A DNA stretch of 64,000 nucleotides from Lama guanicoe (taxonomy: Eukaryota): contig MU053881.1 of NCBI GenBank assembly GCA_013239625.1, positions 5,541,957 to 5,605,956 of the forward strand, in the 5' to 3' direction. Each line of letters starts with the position of its first letter. Position 1 is the stretch's first letter. A program made the position numbers and the translations under genes. Under the pieces are notes generated by a model. That model saw only the letters and a program-made list of their open reading frames with translations, made no database searches and was not told the origin of the DNA. Positions 12,730 to 24,375 of this stretch are shown in pieces.

Positions 12730-13899
12730 AGGAAAGGAGGGAGCAGTGGCCTCAAGGAGGCAGAGCCCGTGACACCTTCCCCTTCCTTTATAAGTGATAG
12801 ACGGGGTTGGATTCCCCAGCACTTTTGAAGAGCTGAGCTCTGAGAGCTCCCAGGTTTTTGGCCAAGGCCGTGACATGGTATCTTCGGGCCAGCCCTGTTT
12901 GGGTTTTAGTGTTTTATTTGCTGGCCCAGGAGGATTTTGAGGCTCAGCATTTCCCTGCTGGGCCAGGATGGCCCGCCAGGCTTCTCCCCACCCCCAGGGA
13001 GAGAACATTAAATGCTCATCATTGGAAGCCACGTCACTCCTCTGCTTTTGTGCTTCGTAATCTTTGCCATCCTTAAATGTCACTTGTCCTGAAACTCAGC
13101 TGTCTCGCTTGTCACTGAGCTGAAACTTGGCCTGGTGATTATTGATCAGGAAGTGGTTTCTCTCATTAACTGTGTGTGTCCTGGCCCCGTCAAAGACTTT
13201 GGCTTCCCCAAGGTAAAGAGGGCCCATCTTCCAAAACCAGAGGACAGGTTAGATTCAGGAATCTCAATGTGTCGAGGAGAAACTGGACATCTTGTCACTC
13301 TCCTTTCTTCTCTTAAGTAGAGGGCCTCTCTGCTGGCAGGGAGGTACAGACAGCAGTGCATCCACACACCCACCCACCCATCCATCTATTATTTTAAAAC
13401 ACTTACTGAGTTTTTGGTATGAGCAGATACAGGAATAAATACATTGGTGAGCAAGATAAAAATGGCTTTAGGCTTTTGAAAACCAAAAATACACAGTCCC
13501 AAGTGAGGGCAGTGACATCCAATAGCCAACTGACTAAGGCCTGGTGGCTCACGAACTTCCTCGTGTGTCGCTGGAATTGTCCGCATCTCCATCAGGAAGC
13601 TGAAGTCTAGCTTTCTGCCTTCCCCAAGGGCACTTAGCTGGTAAATAGTAGCGCTGGAGTTTGAACCTCTCTCCTGTGCTGTTTCCATTCCATGAATCGT
13701 GATAGAAATGTGCCCATTTCTAAGTTTGTCAAGATGGAGATATTAGATAGAGTAGGGCAGGTGCCTGTGAAGATAACTTTCTTGGCTATGGTACAGAGGA
13801 AGGAAGAGAGGCTGGTGCTCACAGAAGCCAGCACCAAGGTGGGCTCCAGTGCCTTTTGGGAAAAAGGAAGACTTGATGAGTGTCTACTGCCTAGACGTC

Positions 13900-14242
13900 T
13901 CCTTCATTCCTTTATCCGTCTCTCATATCTGCCTATTCTCCCATCTACCCATTCATGCTCCTACTCACTCACTATCCCGTCCATCTGGCCATCCATCCAC
14001 CCATCAGTCCATTTACCTGTCTTCCCATCCATCCACCCATCAGTCCATCCATCCTCTCACACACCCAGCCTTCTATATACCCTCCTTCCCTCCCATCCAT
14101 CATCCATCCATCCATACACACACACTTAACAACTACCCACCCTCCCATTCATCCATCCATTCACCCACCTGCCTATCTGCCCAACCATCATCCCATCTTC
14201 CCATTTACCTTCCCACCCTCCCATGCGCTTACCCATCCACTG
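13900..14242. repeat. Degenerate (CCAT)n / (TCCA)n low-complexity tract
   Basis: Repeated CCATCCATCC and CCACCCATC units. Confidence 0.85.
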
Positions 14243-15321
14243 GCTGTTCTGTTCCTGGCTCTGTAGGATAGAGCAAAATGAATCAGATGTGAGCTCGGCC
14301 TCTCAGAGCTCACAGCCAAGTCAGAGAGAGAATCTGTGAGCACAGATGACTGGTGGCACCAGGAGGTCTGTGATGAAAGCTCCAGTAAGACACGAAGTTC
14401 TAGTCGGGGAGGTGGGGTGGGGGTCAGGGAACGTTTCATGACACAGGCTGTGGCTGAGTTAGACTTTGTGGGGTGGTTAAACAGGTATGGGGAAGGCCCT
14501 CCAGGTGGCGGAAAGAACATAAAGGAAGGCACGGAAGTAGGAGGTGGTCGAGCGCTGGCTGTGGCAGGTGGTGGTCGCAGGAGTGGTGGGGTCCTGGAAG
14601 AGTGGAAGACGGGCAGATCACCAGGGCCCCAGTGCCGGGCCTGGCAGTTGGGGCTTTATTGTGTCGGCAGAAGGGAGCCATGGAGGTTCGCCCTAAGAGG
14701 GTTTCTGGTTGAAGGCAGTGGGGGAGGAGGTGGGGAAGGGGGACAGGCACACGCAGCAACTGGGTAGGGGCCTCCCGAGGTCTCTGAGGGGAAGGAGCAC
14801 TGCGCAGAGAGCCAGACCTGAGTCGAGTCCTGGCAGCTGCTTCCTGGCTGTGTGACCTGGGACAAGTCACCTGGGCCTTTGTTTTCTCTTCAGTAGGAGG
14901 AGGAGGTGGCACCTCTGTGGCCCTCATGGGCCTGTGCTGGTAAAGGCAGGGCTCCTCCTGCCTCACGCAGGCCTTCTTCACCTTTGACCCACAGCCTCGG
15001 GAAGGCCGGGCTGCTGTGCACATGGCTCCACTCATGGCTGCCGGCCAGGGCGGTGGTGGAACCTGAGCCCCAGGCCACATCGCCGCCATCCTGGCTCTGT
15101 CTGTGGCCCTCAGGCCACCCTACTTGAGTTGTTGGGCCTTTGCCCTGCACAGAGCTGTTTCTGCTGCGACCCTGCTTCCTTCCCGGCCTGGATCTCCTCC
15201 CTCCTTGATGCAGTTGAAGCCTTTCCCACGATGGGTAACAGTCATCACTCAGGGCCACCACAGCCGGGTATTGTGGGCCACAGACCAAGACCCTCCTTGG
15301 TTCCAGTGGCCTGAGCTGCAT

Positions 15322-15479
15322 TTTTTTAAATATCTTTATGTTTTATTTATTATTGTATTATTTAATTATTTCATTTTGGTGGGGGGAGGTAACTAGGTTT
15401 ATTTATTTTTGGAGGAGGTACTGGGGACTGAACCCAGGACCTTCTGCATGCTAATAAGCATGTGCTCTACCCTCCCCCC
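15322..15479 (-). mobile_element. Camelid SINE with internal deletion in the head
   Basis: GAGGTACTGGGGACTGAACCCAGGACC...CTCTACCCTCCCC, flanked by CTGCATTT on both sides. Confidence 0.8.
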
Positions 15480-15854
15480 GAACTGCATTTGACGCATGCC
15501 TGGCACAGCGTCCAGAATCAAGAGGACGGGGGGAAATCGGACCCTTTCGCCTTGACAGCTCCCTGCTTTGCTTCTGACCCACCCGCCCACGCTGCTCCTC
15601 TGACAGGTCAGCTGGGAGCCTTCCCTCACGCTGGCCGCCCAGCCAGGTTGCTAGGCGACCTCACGAGCAAACCATCACCGCCCAAGGTTCTTCTGCCCAC
15701 TCTCTGCACTCAAGCCTTTTGTTTCTTCCTAGAAAAAGAAATTCCTATTTCTGAGGGTGGATCTGGGACATGCGAGTGAGGTTTAAATGCTCCCTCACCT
15801 CTGTGTAAATGCTTTTTCAGCCAGGGGTAGCCTTGACTGCAAAACTGCCTGCCG

Positions 15855-16060
15855 GCTAGCAGTTCCTGCAGTGATGGGACTGTTCTGTATCTGCTCTATT
15901 CTTATAACCACATGTGGCTTGGTAGCCAGTAGCCACAAGTGGTTATTAAACACTTGAAATGTGGCTCATGTTACCAAGGAACTAATTTTAAATTTCCTTT
16001 AATTTCGGGTAATTTAAATAACCGCATGGAGCCAGTGGCTACCATCTTGGACAGCCCAGC
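15855..16060. mobile_element. MER3-like hAT-Charlie element
   Basis: CTGCAGTGATGG..TGTTCTGTATCTGC, AGCCACAAGTGGTTATTAAACACTTGAAATGTGGCT, GCCAGTGGCTACCATCTTGGACAGC. Confidence 0.75.
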
Positions 16061-16441
16061 TCAAGTGGGTTCCTGAGAGGACAAGGGTACCTGTCTCTGG
16101 AAACATTTAAGGCAAGGTCAGGATGAAGCGGTCACTTTCTGTGCCCCAGCCCCAGTCTGTCCTCGCTGGGACCCCTGTGGGTCGCTGCCAGGTGTCATTG
16201 GGTGGAAGCAACTGTTAGAAACCACTTGCATTTCTCTCTGTCCAAGAGGCACACAGTTTCCCCAAAGTTGTGGCTTAGCTACAGTTTTGTCATCCACCTT
16301 TGTTCCCTGATTATTATGGCTTAAATATTTTTTCTCATTACTGTATTATTTTCCTGTTTATCATTTTAAAGGGTTGCTTAATAGCCCCCTAAGTGAATTG
16401 AACCATCATCCTATGGTTGAGCATTTAGGTTATTTCCACTT

Positions 16442-16480
16442 TGTGTGTGTGTGTGTGTGCGCGCGTGCGCACGCGCGCAT
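16442..16480. repeat. (TG)n-(CG)n alternating purine-pyrimidine microsatellite
   Basis: TGTGTGTGTGTGTGTGTGCGCGCGTGCGCACGCGCGCAT read directly. Confidence 0.9.
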
Positions 16481-17029
16481 TATTGTGGGCTAATATGAAC
16501 AGGAGCCTAGTACATTTCTTCTCTTGTCTTTTTGGGAGTTACTTCCTGGCCTGACATTCTCAGGAATGAGGGCTAATAGGCTTAAAAGGTATTTTCAAGG
16601 CTCTGAACACCCATTGCCAATTTTCGTCTCTGCACGATCGAATCTGTTTATATCCCTGTCGGTAATGAGTTTGCCCGTTTTACCACCTGGTTGGTTCCCA
16701 GCATTGGAGGATGCCATTTTTCCTTGCTTTGTTGATTTAATAAGTGTAAAATGATCTCCATTTCTTTGGGGGAAGAGCCTTTTGGCAGAAGAATCCCATG
16801 GTTTCTGTTTGCTGGGGGCCTGTTAGTAACCATGTTTCCCATCTGGATCCCTGATCCTGGATTATCAGTCGGGTCAGGTCCTCCGGGAGGCCTCAGTCAA
16901 GGTCACTTTGTAGGTCATGGTGCACTTGGGGCTGAAGGTAGCCCTCCTTACACAGGTGTTGTGTGGTGCAGTGCTTCCATCTGTGTCTGCTCTGTGCTGG
17001 AACAGCCCCAGAGATGGGGAGCTCATTTC

Positions 17030-17440
17030 CTCTTTGGTGGCAAATGACAGTCACAGACTCAAAAGGGAGCTTGTTGGCTCCCTTAGAAGAGTCTAAGAGC
17101 AGGCTCTGCCTTCAGGATCAGCTGGCTCCAGGTGTCCGCAAACCCGCAGCATTTGCCCTCCTGTATTTGTGGCTGGTCCCGTCCTGGCTTCATCTTCAGG
17201 CAGGCTCTCCACAGTGGTGGCAAGATGGGCTCTAAGACCCTCCAGCCTTCCCTTCTTCTAGTTCAGCAACTCCAGAGAAAGAAAAAACTTATTTTCTGAT
17301 AACTTTAGCAAAAAAACAAAAAAGCACTCAGGTGCAACCCTGTTGGCCTGCCTTGGGTCACATGTGCACATCTGAACCGCTGGCTATGACTAAGAGGGAC
17401 AGGACCAGGTGGCCTCAGCCCTCGTGAAGCCCTTGCCCTG
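17030..17440. mobile_element. MLT1-type (MaLR) LTR relic; similar relics at about 18740-18980, 41810-42300, 48130-48620 and 56830-57380
   Basis: Shared strings GGTGGCAAATGACAG, GCCTTCAGGATCAGCTGGCTCCAGG, GGTGGCAAGATGG, GATTGGCC..GGTCACATG. Confidence 0.6.
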
Positions 17441-20319
17441 AGAGTGAGGGAGAGGCTGTTCCCAAGGGGAACTGGAGTTGTGAGTCTCTGCAAGGGAAAG
17501 TGGCTGCTGGCCGGTTCCTCTGCTCCCCCGCTTTAGGGTTCGTTTCCAGGCAGCAACCCCGGCTCCACAGCCTGAAGTGATCAGTGCCCCGGAAACAGGC
17601 CCTTCCAGGCCCTTCTGCTTCGGGGCGCTCATGTGCCCTGTTCTGGTTCTGCAGATAAGGCAGCTGTCACAGAGGGGACTCTGGGCACTGCGTGACCTTC
17701 ACAGACTCAGTTTCCCCATCTGCAGACTGGGGCCTGGGAGTGGGGTTTGGGAAGGATGGCTAAGGTCCTCTCTGGCTCCTGAGTTCTGTGGTATCAGCCC
17801 TTTCCCTGGAGGAGGAAGGAGGGACACAGCAATCAGCCTGCAGCCGGGAGGGAAAAGGAGGGCCTGGGGGCTGTCCCCAGCTGGCTGCCGCTGTGTGGTT
17901 GCCTTTCAGGAAGCACACACCCCCTGACTGGGCTGGATGGGCCCCTTGGGTGGGGCAGGGCTCCTGCTGGGAAGGTAATCCCCACCTCCATCGGACTGGG
18001 CCCCCGTACTGCACAAGGGGGAGGATTGTTCCCGCAGAGGTGCCTGGGCCAGAAGACACAAGTGGCCACTGTGTGTCTGCTCTCGAGGGTGTGGGCTGAG
18101 GCGTTAGTCACTGCCGGCCAGCAGTGGAGGGCTGGGTGGGGGGCTCCCTGCGGCCCTTGCTGGACCCGTCTCGCCTCAGCCAGTGGGAGAGACGGACGTC
18201 AGAGGCCACAGTCAGCTACTTGTTCTTTATGCATCTCCTTAGCTGTCAACTCCCACGGGTGCCCAGTCCATGGGGACCAGCCTTAGCTTTCCAATACCCA
18301 CCCACTCCCCAGGATGCCTTCACATCAGACCCTGGAGGGAGCTGGGCTGTCGCTTCTCCTCTCTCCCACGGCATGGAGGGAAACTGAGGCCCAGAGAAGA
18401 CCTGGCAGAATTTACAGGCACCTCTGGAAAAGTGGTCAGGAACATGGGCTTTGAAGTCACACAGGCCCAAATTCAACTTCCAGCCCTGTTATGTACCTGC
18501 TGTGTGACCCTGGGCAAGTGACTTCACCTCTCTGAGCATTAGTTTTCTTATATATATAAAATTAGGCTTTTAATAATAGTACCACTCTGTTGTTAAAATT
18601 AATTGAGGGAAAGCAGTGGCCTCTCAGGCCCTCTCTAGGCTCTGCTGTCTGGGGGCTAGTTTCATTTGCAGGCTCCCCTGGGGAGCATGATGGCCTAGCA
18701 GCTCTGAGACTGTGTCAGGCAGTGCTGGAGGCTAGCAGTAAAGAAGGGCTTTGGGCAGCAATTATTCTGAGGTTGCGTTTCATTGGCTGACTTGATCACA
18801 TGTCTATCCCTTAACCAATCACCGTAGCTAGAAGGAATGCAGTGTTCTGATTGGCCAGGATATCACATGGTGGTGGAATCAGTCCCATTACAGCCTGGGG
18901 ACTAGGAATGAGAGTGGGTTGGGTCCTCTGAAGGAAAAATCAGGGAAGGGTGAATTAGGTTATGGGAGGACAATGATTCATTCCTACCCGCTGATTCTCC
19001 CTCTAGGCAGAAAGTGTTCTCTAGAAAAGTACCTCACACATAATATGGACTCAGTAAATAATGGTTGAATGCGTGAATGTATGAATGAATGAATAGGGAA
19101 TAAGCTGATTCCTGGCAGGCTAGTGCAGGAAAGAGAACACTGGAGGGAGTCAGGAGAACACATCTCACAATCCTGGGTGGGTCTCGATAGCTTTCTGAGC
19201 CTCAGTTGGTTCATCTGGGAAATGGGCATGATAGCCGTCACCTTATCTTAATGACTCATGGGCAGATTAAATCCTGGCAGTGCCAGTCCTCCGCAGCTGC
19301 CAGGCACTCTGACAGTCAGTAGTTGCTATTGGCTGTGGTTGTCGTTTATCTTTAGCAAAGGAAGATGGGACAGGAATGCCAGGCACTTGCCAAGAAGTAT
19401 GTGTTGGGAAGTGATTTGGAGCTCACGCTCTTTTTGAGCCAGGCAGGCTTGAGTTTGGATTCAGCCTTCACCCTCCCACTTGCTTGCGACCTGAGACAAT
19501 CGTTACGCCTCTCGGAGTCTCAGTTGCCTCATCTGTAAATTGGGGATGTTGGGTGATACTTATCTCCAAGGGCTGAATTGAGGATGAAGTGAGAAATTCC
19601 ATTTAAGACCTGTCCCGGCTCACAGTGCGTGCTCAGACCGAACTAGCTATTTTTATTATCAGCCATTATTTCGTTCTCTGTGGCCTCAAGGTGATGGACT
19701 GCTGCCTCAGCCAGTCTTTTAGACAGTTGAATTTGGCCAAGTCACTTTGTGCACCACGGTTGCTACCAGCCCCTTTCTGGCAGGCTCTGGGTGAAATCTG
19801 AGCGAGGCGCTGGGCAGCGGGTGCTCCTCAGTGATGTTGGCACCTGGCTGGAGGCCCGGCCCTGGGGTCAGGGCTGCTTTTCAGGGTGCAGAGCAAGACA
19901 GGTTTTGTGCACTCCCAGAAAACGGTCCCCGCCTGGTCTCCCTGTACCTTCAGGAGAAAACAGCCCTTTTCAGGAAGCCCAGGGAAAGGGGGCATGCAGC
20001 CTCCTTCACCAGCTCTCATGAGTGAAGGGGGAATAAGTGAAGGGTGGCCTTTGTCCAGCTCAGCTCTCCCTGTGCTGCTGGGGGCTGGGAGGGCGTGGTC
20101 AAGGTGGTTGCCTTGGTCACCGGGGCTGAGCTCTGGCCGCCCGCTAAGCCCTCCACTGTCTTCTCTGTAAAGGAGCAGAGCAGACCTTACTTCTCTGTTT
20201 GGAGAAGAGGAGGAGCAAGAGTGCTGTACAGTGTGAAAGGATGCTTTGGTGGTCCTCTAGTGGGACCCCTAGAAAATCAGCCTTACAAGAACTGAAAGGG
20301 CAAGTGTGTCATCAGTTAA

Positions 20320-20364
20320 GTGTGTGTGTGTGTGTGTGTGTGTATGTGAGTGTGAGAGAGAGAG
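20320..20364. repeat. (TG)n(GA)n microsatellite
   Basis: Read directly. Confidence 0.9.
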
Positions 20365-22062
20365 GGCACTTGAGAAAGAGCCTGATTGCTTAATCCCTGA
20401 GTTTCTAAGGCATTCTGAACAAGCTTTCAAAACAGAGTTCACGGGAGAGGACCCCACCCAGGTAGGGCCGAGTGAGCAGGGTGAATTCTAGGACAGGAAT
20501 TGACCTCCGGGAATGGCCCCACATGGAATTCGCTCCCCTCAGCTTGGCTCCTGGTCCTGATGCGGAAGGTTTCATAGACTATCGATGTGGCCACCAAGAA
20601 TGCGGACGCCGGGGCAGGTCTGACAGCATTCCAGGTCAGCTGTCACCCAGGTGCCTGGGACCTTGCCTCAGTCTCCTCATCTCTCTGTGAGATAATCACA
20701 CCAATGGTCGGGCGGTCGAGGAGATAAATGAGTTAGCAGATGTGGAAGTGGGGCCCAGTGTCCCATGCAGAGTGCGCCCTTGATAAATGTGAAGTCATTA
20801 TTGTGATCATGTGGGACCTGGGGACCTTACAGCTCACTTAACAGGAACATTTATCTAAGCTGAGAATAAATTTACAAATGAGCATAAAAATTGGCTGCTG
20901 GCATCACTCCCTTCCAAAAGGTCCCTGGGTGGGGCTTGGTGCCCCCTCCTGGTTCCTACCCCCAGCCCCATAAGAGCACTGTCTCACCAATGGCCGTAGA
21001 CCGGGGGTGGGGGGGTGGTCTCTCCAGCTGACCCAGAGCCCCTTGAGGCCAGGGGGAGGGTCACTGTGTCTACATCTCAGGCGTCCTGTTCAGGGCTGGC
21101 CTGGGAGCACTCTTGTCTGTTGGCATCTGGTCCCAGAGGCTTCTGAGTCCTGGAGATGATGGGGGACCTTGGACAGTAGCGGAAAGTTCACAGAGTCTTG
21201 GAGATTAGAGGACCCAGATTCAAATTCTGGTGCTGCTACCCTAGTTCCAGCCACATCCCCTCTCTAAGTCCACAGAATGGGGTGTCATGTGAAGTGACGT
21301 GGATACCCTGGAGCATCCGTGGGATGCTAGGCGTGTGGGGTCAGGTAGCAGAGCTGTCCGGTTAGATGAGCAGTGAGTGGCACTGTCCTCAGGAAGGCAC
21401 TGCGGTGGAGTCTAGGGCGACCTGTTTTCCCTTGCTTTCCACCAGCCTGCCTTTTCCAGGCTCCAGGCAAGCGGCTGGCTTGCAGGGCCCGTGTTGTAGG
21501 AAAATGGGCTCTTTCAGCACTGGGGCCCCGAGCAGCATGGTAGATGGGTGCTCCCAGCAGAGCCCCTGGGGCTCAGGGGACCATCTAAGGGAACACAACA
21601 GTGGGCTCTGAACCCTTTCCCTGGATGCCAGCCAGTTCATGATTATACCACTTACACGGTCATTTCTCTCTTGCTCTCAGTTTTAAAAATTGAGATAAAA
21701 TATGTGTAACATAAAATCGACCGTTTCAGTCATTTCTAAGTGCACAATTCAGTACATTTACGACATTGTACAAGCTTCCCCAGTATTCATTTCCAGAACT
21801 TTTTCATCATTCCAGACAGAAACTCTCTGTCCATTAAACGCTTACTCCGCATTCCCACTGGTGGCCAGCCCCTGGTGGCCTTTCTTCTACTTTCTGTGAA
21901 TTTGGCTGCTCTAGGTACCTCACTGAAGTGGAAGTAGACAATATTTGTCTTTTTGTGGTTTATTTCACTTAGCATAATGTCCTCAAAGTTCATCCATGCT
22001 GTAGCATGTGTCAGAATTTTCTTCCTTTTTAAGGCTGAATAATATTCCATTGAATATGTATA

Positions 22063-22578
22063 CAGTTGCCCCTTGGTATTTGAGGATGATTGGTTCTAGG
22101 ATCCCCCGCCAATACCAAAATTTATAGTCCCTTATGTAGTAAAAATTATTTTTAATCAATTTTTTATAGTGGGGGGAGGTGATTAGGTTTTTATTTAATT
22201 TATTTTTTTTAATGGAAGTACTGGGGATTGAACCCAGGACTTCGTGTGTGCTAGGCACGCGCTCGACCACTGAGCTATACCCTCCCCCTTCAAGTCCCTT
22301 ATAAAATAAAATGGCATGGTATTTGCATATAAGCCATGCACATCCTCCTGTATACTTTAAGTCATCTCTAGATTACTTATGGTACCTCAGTCAATGTAAA
22401 TGCTGTCATAATAGTTGTAAAGACAGTGTTAGACGCTATGTAAATCGTTGCCAGGCATGTGGCAAATTCAAGCTTTGCTTTTTGGAACTTTCTGATTTTT
22501 TTTTTCCCTTGAGTGTTTTCATTCCACAGTTGGTTGAATCTGAGTATATGGCACTCAAAGATACGGGAGGGCCGAGTG
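22063..22578. mobile_element. MER2 (Tigger) DNA transposon with TA TSD
   Basis: TA|CAGTTGCCCCTTGGTAT ... GATACGGGAGGGCCGAGTG|TA. Internal CATCCTCCTGTATACTTTAAGTCATCTCTAGATTACTTAT. Confidence 0.85.
22136..22290 (-). mobile_element. Camelid SINE inserted in MER2
   Basis: Intact SINE head. Direct repeat AGTCCCTTAT at 22126-22135 and 22293-22302. Confidence 0.85.
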
Positions 22579-23370
22579 TACCCATTTTTGTTTATTCATT
22601 CATCTGTTGACGGACACATGGGTTATTTTCACATTTTAGCTCTTGTGAATAGCGCTTTTGTGAACACTGATATGTGGATACCTGTCCGAACCTTTGCTTT
22701 CAGCTCTTGAGCAAATATACCCAGGAGTAGGACTGCTGGCCATATGGTAGTTCTATGTTTAACCTTTTGAGAAACTGCCGAACTGTTTTCCACAGTGGCT
22801 GCAGCATTTTACACGCCCACCAGCAATGCACAAAGGTACCAATTTTTCCACATCCTCACCAACACTTATTTTCCGTTTTTAAAAAGTTAAGCTATCCTTG
22901 TCAGTGTGAAATTCTTTCTCTTTTTCATCAGATAAGAAACCGTTATTGTGACCAGGTGAAATGCATCTAGGAACCATTTCCACTGTAATTGGTGGGCACG
23001 GAAAACCCTTTTCATTTTACTTTTAACGTATGTGAAATAATGCAAATAAATGCATGAAACATTCTATTAACGTTTAAAACAATACGGAGAGAGGAAACGT
23101 ACCCTTTGAATCTTTCCGCATTCCAGCCTGCTGTCAGGCAGTATCTTTCCGGAGTTTTCCATGCATTTCCATTCACATGTGAGCGTTTATGAAAGAGTAG
23201 TTTTCCATTTTTTTTTATATAGAAAGCATTGTACCACTTTTAATGTTCAGTGACTTGGGGCTTTGGGCACAACTCAATAAATCTTTCCTTCTTGGTGTTT
23301 GTAGATCTATGCTGTTCTTGTATTTTTATTTATCCCATAGTATGAGTGTGTTGTACTTTAAAAAAATTTA

Positions 23371-23900
23371 TTCTTTTTTTTCTTTTAGATTCCACATATG
23401 CGTGGTAACGTATGGTATTTTTCTTTCTCTTTCTGGCTTCACTCAGAATGATGATCTCCAGGTCCACCCATGTTACTGCAAATGGCATTATTTTATTCTT
23501 TTTTATGGCTGAGTGGTATTCTATTGTATAAATGTACCACGACTTCTTTATCCAGTCATGGGCATTTAGGTTATTTCCATTTCTTGGCTATTGTATATCA
23601 TCTATAAAACAGAAACAGACTCACAGACATGGTAAATAATCTTATGGTTACTGGGGGAAAGGGGGTGGGAAGGGATAAATCTGGGAGTTTGAAATTTGCA
23701 AATGTTAACCATTATATGTAAAAATAGATAAAAAAACAGATTTCTTCTGTACAGCACAGGAAACTATTCAATATCTGGTTAAAACATTTAATGAAAAAGA
23801 GTATGAAAACAAACATATGTATACATATGCTTGACCGGGGCATTATGCTGTACATCAGAAATTCACATATTGTAACTGACTGTACTTCAATTAAAAAAGA
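23371..23900 (+). mobile_element. Younger LINE-1 3' end with inverted 5' segment
   Basis: About 23371-23598 is antisense L1 (ORF2 end) and about 23599-23900 is sense L1 3'UTR ending TGTACTTCAATTAAAAAA. Both halves are homologous to the L1 at 6479-7077. Confidence 0.85.
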
Positions 23901-24063
23901 AATTTGTATTTGTTAACCACTGAGCATTGTTTCTCAATCCCCCTGTGCTGACATGATGAGTGGGCACAGGCTGTTGTTGAGAACAGTGTACCTCCCGCGT
24001 CAGCCTCTCAGTCCCCACCTGGACATCTGGCCTGTGTTTCCACACTCATGGGGGCCTCCCTGA

Positions 24064-24375
<312 letters not shown>

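Larger units (their letters stand above)
21680..22890 (-). mobile_element. Old LINE-1 (L1M) 3' portion, antisense, interrupted by MER2
   Basis: Minus-strand ORF2-like peptide MEYYSALKRKKILTHATAWMNFEDIMLSEI. L1 3'UTR strings continue across the MER2 insertion. Confidence 0.85.

Noticed and set aside
12568..13083. Poly-Gly / poly-Pro ORFs
   Set aside because: Artefacts of the poly(C) run.
13692..14271. His/Pro/Ser-rich ORFs
   Set aside because: Translations of the (CCAT)n low-complexity tract.
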